From positions 1 to 12,423 of the forward strand of contig CBDCTZ010000002.1 of the NCBI GenBank assembly GCA_965222375.1: 12,423 nt of DNA. Direction: 5' to 3'. Source of the DNA: Polyangiaceae bacterium. GTDB lineage: Bacteria; Myxococcota_A; Polyangia; Polyangiales; Polyangiaceae. Within the stretch, counting starts at the first letter, position 1. Each line of letters begins with the position of its first letter. The notes under the pieces are model-generated. The model searched no databases and was not told where the DNA came from. It worked only from the letters and a program-made list of their open reading frames with translations. The translations under genes and the position numbers were made by a program. Shown one piece after another: positions 1-6,822 of the stretch.

Positions 1-705
1 ATCAAGCAGTTGGAGGTCTCCAATGTGGATCACGGTACGGCTCGCCAACGATGGCACACGTTCGATGATCGCGGACGCAGCTTCCAGATTGGCGAAATCG
101 TCACCGGTGAGAAGTAAGACGCGCCGAGCGCGGTGCAAACGCAAGGTCGATAGTAAAGCCAGGTCGGCAATGTCACCCGAAACCACTTCCGCCCCAAACA
201 GCGCGCGCGCAACCGCCAGATTCGTGCGCTCGCCCCGCCGCTCCACTACGATCACTGGGCAATCCGGGTCTCGTTGGCGCAATCGACGCAGATAGAGCAT
301 TCCGAGGCGCCCCGCGCCGCCAATGACGATGTGGTCTTGTATTCGGCGCAGCCGGAGCATGCCTGGACCCACGGCGCGAGCGATGGCTTCGATCAATGCC
401 GACGCGGTCACCGCGGGCGCGCAGAAATAGGCCACCCAGAGCAAGCCCTGAGCCCAGCCCGGCCCGGAGCGCGGAACGCCCAGGTCGGTGCCACCCAGGA
501 CGAAGAGAGTCAGCGTGTAGTAGGCGCGTTCCAACAGGCCCGACGTGACCAGCTCCGGGCGTTCGCTGGGAGCGGCGCCCGCGGTGAAGGCGACCAGACC
601 GCAACCGAATACCAGCACCAGAACGAGGCCACGAAAGCGAAACCACCGTAGCCGCTCGCGCAACAGACCGCTCGCGGTCGCGCCACGGAGATCCGTTGGC
701 ATCAT
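1..705 (-). CDS. Ion-channel-like membrane protein with RCK/TrkA-N (NAD-binding) domain; 3' end lies outside the window
   Basis: Absent from the ORF track because there is no stop in the window. Manual translation from ATG 705 (or ATG 702, with GAGGG upstream) is open to base 1: MMPTDLRG...GLVLVLVFGCGLVAFTAG (TM1)...LLERAYYTLTLFVLGGTDLG (pore-helix-like)...GLLWVAYFCAPAVTASALIEAI (TM2)...DHIVIGGAGRLG (Rossmann)...PVIVVE...VVSGDIAD...VLLLTGDDFANLEAA. These are typical RCK-N motifs. Confidence 0.85.
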   Translation of the reverse strand, partial: MMPTDLRGATASGLLRERLRWFRFRGLVLVLVFGCGLVAFTAGAAPSERPELVTSGLLERAYYTLTLFVLGGTDLGVPRSGPGWAQGLLWVAYFCAPAVTASALIEAIARAVGPGMLRLRRIQDHIVIGGAGRLGMLYLRRLRQRDPDCPVIVVERRGERTNLAVARALFGAEVVSGDIADLALLSTLRLHRARRVLLLTGDDFANLEAASAIIERVPSLASRTVIHIGDLQLLD

Positions 706-779
706 CGCCCTCGCACGATGAACACGACGACCATCAGCACGATCAACGCGCTTGCTGACAAACTCAGGGTGGCGACCAT
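702..779 (-). CDS. Putative 25-aa single-pass membrane peptide
   Basis: MVATLSLSASALIVLMVVVFIVRGR*: a hydrophobic run followed by a basic tail. Its TGA (704-702) overlaps both channel start codons (ATGATG). It fills most of the gap between neighbours. Alternative GTG start at 782. No clear Shine-Dalgarno. Confidence 0.4.
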   Translation of the reverse strand: MVATLSLSASALIVLMVVVFIVRGR

Positions 780-803
780 CACGGGTTCTGGGCTGCTACG
801 CCA

Positions 804-2528
804 TCAGATGGGCAATCGATCCCATAGCTGTGGCGGCTGTCGAGTCACGTAGGCAACAGCCAGTGCCGAGATCAACAGGATGATCAAGATCACGACTACG
901 AAGACCCCGCCTCCGCCACCCTTCTTTTCGGCCGGAGCCTGGGACACCCCAGCCGTCGGGGGTAGTTGCTGGCCCTGGAACCTGGGGTCCATCCCCGGCG
1001 CGCCATGGGCGGGGTATTCGAACGGCGCTTGGGGGGGCGCGTGGTGGGGCTGGCTAGCTATCTCGGGCGGAGCGTGATGAGGGCCGCTTGGTACTTCAGC
1101 GTGGGGCTGGCCGGACGCCCCTGGGGCGTGGAAGTCCATAATGTCCGCTGCCGTGATCGGGGGATGTGCGCCCTGGGCGACGGCAGGATGGGCAGCCACG
1201 GGCTCCGGGCGCACCATGCGTCCCGTCACGTCGTAGCTGTCGTCGTCAAAGGCAGCATCGACCTTTGCTGACGGCACCTGGTCGTAGCCGGCATAGGGAG
1301 TCCCCGCGGGCTCGGCGCCGTCGAGCAGGGCATCCACATCCGCGTCGATGGTGGCATCGTCGTCGTCGTCGACTTCGCCCTCGGAGGTCTGCCGCAACAG
1401 CAGAGCCGCGTGCGGCGCGTCCATGCTGACGGTCACATCTTCGAAACCGATTTCGCCTTCGGTATCGTGGGGTAAGTCCCCCCAGCCGCCTGGCTCGCGC
1501 CACGCTCCAGATTGTTCCGATGGGCGCGAAGAAAACGGCGGCCCTTGTGCGACCACGGTGTGTTCGTCGTCGTCGTCGAAGTCGGTACTGGGTACGATCG
1601 GCTCGCCTTCTTCGGGTGGCACCAGGCCGCGCTGGCGCAGCTCTGCGGCGAGGAGGGGGATCTCCCACGGCTGCTTCCAGTCATCCATGCCCTCGGCCCA
1701 GATGAAGGTCTCGTGGTCGACTCCACCGCGAACGTACAACTCGATCACCTCGCTGGTTGTCAGGTCCTCGTGCTGGTCATCGGTGATGGCCACGGTCCAC
1801 TCCGCCGCCGTGCCAGGCCTGGGGGGCTCCGGTTCTGGTGCGGGTGGTTCCATCGGCGCAATGGGTTCGAGGGCGGGCTCTGCGGCGGGCGGAGGGATGC
1901 CGATCATCGTCTTCTTGATGGCGGCACGGGGCCGGGGAGCCGCCCCCACGCCGGTTGGCCGAGGTGGTGACGCGACCCGCTCTGGCGCGGGCGAGATCGG
2001 CTGGCGTGGTGGTTCTGGCTCTCGCTCTGGAGGCGCCGGCGACGGGGCTTGCGGCTCGGGCGTGGGTTGTGCGGCAGGCTCGGGTTTGAGCGCTTCCGCT
2101 TTTGGCCCCGCGTCCGGCACGGGATCCGGACGCACCTGGGTCTCGGGTTCATCGTCCATCCCCGGTCCGCCGAGTCCGCCGATCATCGTGCGCTTCATCG
2201 CCGATCGGGGACGCGCCCCAGGGCCTGCCCCGGGCACCTTCGGACTGGAAACGGCGCCGGGTTCACGCCAGCCCGAGTCCATTCGCAGGCGCGGTGGGGC
2301 TTCGAGCTGCTTGCCGCCAGGTTTCGAATCGGAGGTTTTGGGTGTCGGGGGCGAAGCAGCGGGTGACGCAGCGGGCTTTTCCGCCTTCGCCGCTGTTTGC
2401 ACCAGGCTGCTACCGTCGACGACGATGGGCGCTTTGCAGCGCTTGCACTGAATGCGGACCTTGCGGCCGCGCACTTTGGCGTCGGGCACCGCGTAGCGCG
2501 CGGGGCATTTGGAGCACGAGACTTCCAT
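804..2528 (-). CDS. Zinc-ribbon (MJ0042-type CxxC..CxxC) + Pro-rich linker + GYF_2 domain + acidic region + C-terminal TM anchor; GltJ/AgmX-like cytoplasmic architecture
   Basis: N-terminal MEVSCSKCPARYAVPDAKVRGRKVRIQCKRCKAPIVV; GYF_2-like EWTVAI...VDHETFIWAEGMDDWKQPWEIPLL (~1640-1803); TM VFVVVILIILLISALAVAYV near the C-terminus. Confidence 0.85.
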   Translation of the reverse strand: MEVSCSKCPARYAVPDAKVRGRKVRIQCKRCKAPIVVDGSSLVQTAAKAEKPAASPAASPPTPKTSDSKPGGKQLEAPPRLRMDSGWREPGAVSSPKVPGAGPGARPRSAMKRTMIGGLGGPGMDDEPETQVRPDPVPDAGPKAEALKPEPAAQPTPEPQAPSPAPPEREPEPPRQPISPAPERVASPPRPTGVGAAPRPRAAIKKTMIGIPPPAAEPALEPIAPMEPPAPEPEPPRPGTAAEWTVAITDDQHEDLTTSEVIELYVRGGVDHETFIWAEGMDDWKQPWEIPLLAAELRQRGLVPPEEGEPIVPSTDFDDDDEHTVVAQGPPFSSRPSEQSGAWREPGGWGDLPHDTEGEIGFEDVTVSMDAPHAALLLRQTSEGEVDDDDDATIDADVDALLDGAEPAGTPYAGYDQVPSAKVDAAFDDDSYDVTGRMVRPEPVAAHPAVAQGAHPPITAADIMDFHAPGASGQPHAEVPSGPHHAPPEIASQPHHAPPQAPFEYPAHGAPGMDPRFQGQQLPPTAGVSQAPAEKKGGGGGVFVVVILIILLISALAVAYVTRQPPQLWDRLPI

Positions 2529-2554
2529 TCGACGTACTTTTTACGCTGTCAGAC

Positions 2555-2561
2555 TATTCTA
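2555..2561. promoter_or_regulatory. Possible overlapping divergent -10 elements
   Basis: TATTCT on + (2555-2560) and TAGAAT on - (2561-2556) in the relatively AT-rich part of the 92-bp gap between divergent genes. No convincing -35 elements. Confidence 0.25.
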
Positions 2562-2620
2562 CCGGGACCTGAATCACCAGCCCATCCTGCCCGGGAGGGC
2601 ATTCGCGAGATCAGCACGGA

Positions 2621-4492
2621 ATGACGGCCAAAGATCAGCCCTTCGAGCGAGGCCGACATGTAGGACATGCGCCGCATCGTGCCCTTTGCGTGGACCTGCG
2701 CTGGGCGGCCGTTTTCCGGTTCCTGCTCGGTGCGCTGCTGCTCTGGGAACTCGCCTGCCGATTTGATGACCTAGGTCGCTTCTATGTCCGTTCCGGCTTG
2801 ACACCGAGCTATCAGGTGCTGGCCGACACGACCCTCCGTCCGCTGTCCCTGCATCACTTGGCAGCAACGCCGGCAGCCGTGTCCGGGGTCTTCGCCGTCA
2901 GTGCCGGGATCTTTCTCGCGTTTGCCGTCGGCTGGCGCACGCGTCTGGTCCACTTCCTGGCGGTTGCGCTCAGCATCAGCGCAGCAGCTCGCAACCCCAT
3001 GCTGCTGGACGCCGACAGCCTGGCGCTGAACGTCATATTGGTTTGGTCCTTGTGGCTCCCCTTGGGCCGTCGCTGGAGTGTCGATGGGCTGCTTTCTAAC
3101 TTGGCGGGGCCGTTCCGTGACGGCGCGCCGGCAGCGCCCGCAGAGACGACGTTCGCCTCCTTGGCCGTAGTGGGGCTGCGCGTTCACATGGTTGCGATAT
3201 TCACGCTGACGGGCCTACACCATGGCCGTCAGCTGTGGGCCACGGGCAATGCCTTTCCTCACTCGCTGCCTTCGACTGGGGGGGCCTGGTCAACGCTCGA
3301 GCCCTGGGTCTCGGTGGGTGTGGTTGGCGCAGAACTCGCCCTCGTCGCAGCGCTATTGCTGTCGCCCGTTGTTTTCTGGCTCCGGGTAGCCGCGCCGTTG
3401 CTGTGTGTCGGATTGCTGCTGTATCTCGCAGCGCGCTTCGGCTTCGAGGCCACGCCTTTCGCGTTGTGTCTGCCCTTCGTTCTCTTTCTTGATTCCCGAG
3501 AGCTGGCTGCGCTCCTTGGGAAGGTCTTTCGACGCAGGAAACGGGAACGGACGGTGCTCTACGATGCTTCGTGCGGTATCTGCTCCATGAGTGCGGAGCT
3601 GGCGCGCCGCCTCGACCTCGCTGGCCATCTGAGCATCGTGGCCAATGATGACCCCAAAGCGTGGCCATCGCAGCTCGATTTCGCGTGGCGGGACAAGAGC
3701 ATCGTCGTCGTTGACGGGTCCGGGCAGGCCTGGGTCGAGGAGCGCGCGATCGCAGCAGTACTGCGAGCACTGCCCGGTGGACTGCTGGCCTCTTGGCTCG
3801 TGTTGGTGCCCGGTTTGCGGGCTTTGGTCCGCAAGGCCTACAGGTGGGTGGCCAAAAACCGGATGAACATCTCAGTGTGGTGCGGACTGGGCGTGTGCGG
3901 CGTGCCCTCCGCATTGCCTGGGCGGCAACTCGGGCCGCGCCGACCCGGGCCGTTGGGCTGGGCGCCCGCCCTGCTTGCGGTGGTGTTCTTGATGCTGGTC
4001 ATGGCGCGGCTGTGGACGGATAGCCCGCTGGCTCGGGCTCGGCACCAACCCGGCGCTCCAGTAGCCACTCTTGCGGCAGCGCTCGAGTACCCCGCACTGA
4101 TTCAGCGCTTCGGGACCCTCGGCCAAGGGCCTCGGCGGCAGTCTCGGCTGTTGATCGACGGGCGGACCGCCGACGGGCGAAGCCTGGACCCACTGACTGG
4201 GCAAGCGCCGGATTTGGGCCGGACCGTGCGCCGCTCCTCGACGCCGCGCTTCGCCCTCTACGAAGCCCAGATTGGCCGCCAGGACTCGATTCGCTACCGG
4301 CAACACCTGCTCGGCTGGTTGCAGCGCCATCACGAGAGCACCGGCAGGAAGGCGGACCGTTTGGTTGCCGCCGACGTCTGGTGGCTACGCGACGCGGGAC
4401 ATGCAGTGGGAGCTGACACCGCGCCTGTGAGGCTACTCAGTTTCGGCTCGGTCGAGCCGCGACTGTTCACTCCAGCAGGAAAGCGACCCTGA
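2621..4492 (+). CDS. HTTM-family multi-pass membrane protein with inserted DCC (DUF393) thiol-disulfide oxidoreductase domain (copy A, degenerate HTTM motifs)
   Basis: HTTM hallmarks VDLRWAAVFRFLLG, VGWRTR, RNPMLL, LPLGRRWSVD. DCC hallmarks TVLYDASCGIC...RRLD...AYRWVAKNR...C (~3550-3900). C-terminal domain DGRTADGRSLDPLTG is shared with the next gene. Confidence 0.85.
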   Translation: MTAKDQPFERGRHVGHAPHRALCVDLRWAAVFRFLLGALLLWELACRFDDLGRFYVRSGLTPSYQVLADTTLRPLSLHHLAATPAAVSGVFAVSAGIFLAFAVGWRTRLVHFLAVALSISAAARNPMLLDADSLALNVILVWSLWLPLGRRWSVDGLLSNLAGPFRDGAPAAPAETTFASLAVVGLRVHMVAIFTLTGLHHGRQLWATGNAFPHSLPSTGGAWSTLEPWVSVGVVGAELALVAALLLSPVVFWLRVAAPLLCVGLLLYLAARFGFEATPFALCLPFVLFLDSRELAALLGKVFRRRKRERTVLYDASCGICSMSAELARRLDLAGHLSIVANDDPKAWPSQLDFAWRDKSIVVVDGSGQAWVEERAIAAVLRALPGGLLASWLVLVPGLRALVRKAYRWVAKNRMNISVWCGLGVCGVPSALPGRQLGPRRPGPLGWAPALLAVVFLMLVMARLWTDSPLARARHQPGAPVATLAAALEYPALIQRFGTLGQGPRRQSRLLIDGRTADGRSLDPLTGQAPDLGRTVRRSSTPRFALYEAQIGRQDSIRYRQHLLGWLQRHHESTGRKADRLVAADVWWLRDAGHAVGADTAPVRLLSFGSVEPRLFTPAGKRP

Positions 4493-6039
4493 TGCTCTCG
4501 TTGCTAAAGGCTCGCTACGCTAGCCTCGACCTGCGTTCCCTGGGCGCGTTTCGAATCGCGCTTGGCCTCGTCATTTTGGTCGACCTGCTTCGGCGCGCAC
4601 CGGAGCTGTCAAGTCACTACTCCAACGTCGGCTGGCTCCAGAACCATGTGGTTCTGTTTCGCCCTCCGAGCCAGCACCTGCTCAGCGTCTACCTGGTTGC
4701 GAGCACCGTGACGCAGGTGTGGATCGTGTTCGCGTTGCATGTTGCGGCCGCGGCCGCCTTCCTCGTCGGCTTCCGAACTCGTGTCGCCCAGATTGCCCTT
4801 CTCGTGTTCACCATCAGCTTGAACAGTCGCAACGTGCTGCTCGAGAACGGTGGCATGGTCGTTTTGAACCTGCTCCTGGTCTGGTCCCTCTTCATGCCCT
4901 TGGGGGCCCGCTTCAGTTGGGACTCGCGTCACGTGGCCGTGCGAGCCCGCCAAGTCGCACCTTTCACGTCCTTGGCTTCGGTCGCACTCTTGCTCCAGTG
5001 GGTCGCGATCTACTTCTTCAACACTGTCCAGAAGACTGGCGACACCTGGAAACAGGGCACGGCCGTGTACTACTTCCTGCAGCAGGATCGCATGGTCACA
5101 GCCCTCGGGGCGGCGGTACGGGACTGGATCCCCCTTTCTTTTGGACAAGCGCTGTCGTGGGGGGCGCTGGTGCTGGAAGGCTGCATTGCGATCCTATTGA
5201 TCGCCCCATTCGCTCAAGCCCGGGCCCGTGCCGCAGCCTGGGGGCTCGGCTGCCTGCTTCACCTGACAATCGCTCTGCTGGTCGAACTCGGGCCGTTTTC
5301 ATGGGCGATGATGGCCGGCTTCGTGGCGCTGCAGCCGGCACAGAGTTGGCGTGGTCTGGAGGCGCGGTTTGGGCGCCGAGCACCGGAGACGAAGATCGGT
5401 CGCTGGCTTTGGCAGCAGATGCGTCCCACTTCCGAACTCACGTCAACAGATCCGCCGGGAATCGAGCGCTTTTCATCAAGGCTGAAGGTGCTGGGCCGAG
5501 AGGCGTGTGTCCTGCCGCTGGTGATCGTGGCCGGCTGGCAGTTGTTGTTGGAAAACGCTGCCGTCCCAGACTTCCTCAAATGGAAGCAACCGACATGGGT
5601 TCAAGGGATGGTTCTGGCACCCCGCATGTTCCAGGGCTGGAGCATGTTTGCGCCGAACCCGCCCGAAGAAGATGGGAAAATTGTTGCTGTCGCCCATACA
5701 GCTGGTGGGCGCCGCATCGACCCCTTCACCGGGCGCGCGCCGGATTTCGACCTGCAGCCTGCGGGCGGCTTTGGCATGAGCCAGCAGTGGGGCGACTTTC
5801 ATCGTCGCTTGGCCGAGCCGCGTTTTGCGGGCTATCTGGTCGGAGTGGAAGACTACTTGAGGCGCTATCCAGAGCGCACCGGGCGGAGCGAGGATCGTCT
5901 CGTCAGTCTGGAGCTATTCTACGTCTGGGAGACCATTCCGGTGCCCGGCAGGCCGCATCAACCGCCGCGGCGCCGCGTTCTGAAGCCGCCCAGCCGCGCC
6001 CTTCCCGGGCTCCTGCGTGCTCCGCTTGCTTTTCCCTGA
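4492..6039 (+). CDS. HTTM-family (vitamin K-dependent carboxylase/SdpB-like) membrane protein with QGWSMFAPNP C-terminal domain (copy B)
   Basis: Motifs LDLRSLGAFRIALG, VGFRTR, RNVLLENGG, MPLGARFSWD, IYFFNTVQKTGDTWKQG, LHLTIALLVELGPFSW, FQGWSMFAPNP. Its ATG overlaps the upstream TGA (TGATG). Confidence 0.88.
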   Translation: MLSLLKARYASLDLRSLGAFRIALGLVILVDLLRRAPELSSHYSNVGWLQNHVVLFRPPSQHLLSVYLVASTVTQVWIVFALHVAAAAAFLVGFRTRVAQIALLVFTISLNSRNVLLENGGMVVLNLLLVWSLFMPLGARFSWDSRHVAVRARQVAPFTSLASVALLLQWVAIYFFNTVQKTGDTWKQGTAVYYFLQQDRMVTALGAAVRDWIPLSFGQALSWGALVLEGCIAILLIAPFAQARARAAAWGLGCLLHLTIALLVELGPFSWAMMAGFVALQPAQSWRGLEARFGRRAPETKIGRWLWQQMRPTSELTSTDPPGIERFSSRLKVLGREACVLPLVIVAGWQLLLENAAVPDFLKWKQPTWVQGMVLAPRMFQGWSMFAPNPPEEDGKIVAVAHTAGGRRIDPFTGRAPDFDLQPAGGFGMSQQWGDFHRRLAEPRFAGYLVGVEDYLRRYPERTGRSEDRLVSLELFYVWETIPVPGRPHQPPRRRVLKPPSRALPGLLRAPLAFP

Positions 6040-6042
6040 GTG

Positions 6043-6086
6043 GGCTGCCGGGGTATGGCGCGACGTTGCGACCCCAGCCAACTTTT
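6043..6086 (+). terminator. Possible imperfect hairpin/terminator after the HTTM pair
   Basis: GGCTG..GGGT..CGCG-acgt-TGCG-ACCC-CAGCC bulged stem followed by AACTTTT. The U-tract is short and offset. Confidence 0.25.
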
Positions 6087-6107
6087 GATACGCCCTCGCT
6101 TCGATTC

Positions 6108-6821
6108 ATGACGGTTTGGCATCTGTCCCGAGCGATTGTTGAGACCGCGAAGATCAGCGTTCCGACGGTTGCAGAATCGGCCATTGGGCGCGTAACCACG
6201 GACATCTGCGACGAGCGTCTCGACCGCTGGTCCCGTCGCCTACTCGACCAGGCGAACATTCAGCTGCACGCCTACGATGTGGACAGCCTGGCGCCCGACG
6301 AGACCTTCGTCGTCATGAGCAACCACCAGTCGCTGTACGACATACCTGTCATCTTCCAGTCCCTGGGACGGCGCGTCCGGATGGTGGCCAAGAAGGAGCT
6401 GTTCCGCGTTCCTGTTTGGTCTCGAGCCATGCGGGCCTCGGGGTTCGTCGAGGTGGATCGCCAGAACCGCGAGCGCGCCATTCAGGGACTGGCCCACGCC
6501 AAGCGCGCGCTCTCGAGTGGCACAAGCATCTGGATTGCTCCCGAGGGTACCCGCAGCCGCACCGGCAAGTTGCTCCCCTTCAAAAAGGGTGGCTTCCACC
6601 TGGCTCTGGATACGGGGGTCAGGATCTTACCCGTCACCATCGTCGGAACCCGCAACGTGCTGCTGGCGAAGGGTTGGACCGTTCACCCAGGCGGCACCGT
6701 TGAGCTGTACGTGGGCGACCCGGTCGATCCTTCGGACTACGGCCACGAGCGTCGGGACGAGCTGGTGCAGGAAGTCCGTAGCCGAATCGAGCGTCGGCTA
6801 CCTCCCGAGTTTCAGGGCTGA
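6108..6821 (+). CDS. plsC: 1-acyl-sn-glycerol-3-phosphate acyltransferase (LPAAT)
   Basis: Real start taken as ATG 6108 (MTVWHLSR..., 237 aa) within the track ORF 4719..6821. Motifs NHQSLYD (HxxxxD), AKKELFRVP, FVEVDR, APEGTRS, LPFKKGGF. Confidence 0.9.
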   Translation: MTVWHLSRAIVETAKISVPTVAESAIGRVTTDICDERLDRWSRRLLDQANIQLHAYDVDSLAPDETFVVMSNHQSLYDIPVIFQSLGRRVRMVAKKELFRVPVWSRAMRASGFVEVDRQNRERAIQGLAHAKRALSSGTSIWIAPEGTRSRTGKLLPFKKGGFHLALDTGVRILPVTIVGTRNVLLAKGWTVHPGGTVELYVGDPVDPSDYGHERRDELVQEVRSRIERRLPPEFQG

Positions 6822-6822
6822 C

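Noticed and set aside
804..806. Selenocysteine recoding of the TGA
   Set aside because: No redox-motif context, and the downstream stem is too weak to call a bacterial SECIS.
1032..1082. PHHAPP duplicated in the zinc-ribbon protein
   Set aside because: A short local duplication in a low-complexity region, with too little evidence for metal binding or other function.
1357..1578. (TCG)n trinucleotide runs near 1357-1371 and 1565-1578
   Set aside because: They encode poly-Asp tracts in frame and are not a phase-variation or array signal.
1348..2451. 367-aa plus-strand ORF (likewise 274..651, 9977..10618, 10625..11362, 3201..3914 and other short track ORFs)
   Set aside because: These are antisense or off-frame shadows of well-supported genes in high-GC DNA, with no recognisable motifs.
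804..2528. Acidic zinc-ribbon protein as the carboxylation substrate of the divergent HTTM pair
   Set aside because: Only adjacency supports it. The acidic tracts are mostly Asp and predicted cytoplasmic, and copy B lacks the NNH motif of true carboxylases.
4719..6107. 463-codon N-terminal extension of plsC (700-aa track ORF), or a -1 frameshift fusing HTTM-B to PlsC
   Set aside because: The extension is Arg/Ala/Gly-rich with no motifs. Stops are expected to be rare in this frame when third codon positions are GC-rich. T-TTT-CCC before the HTTM-B stop is not a canonical X-XXY-YYZ slippery site.
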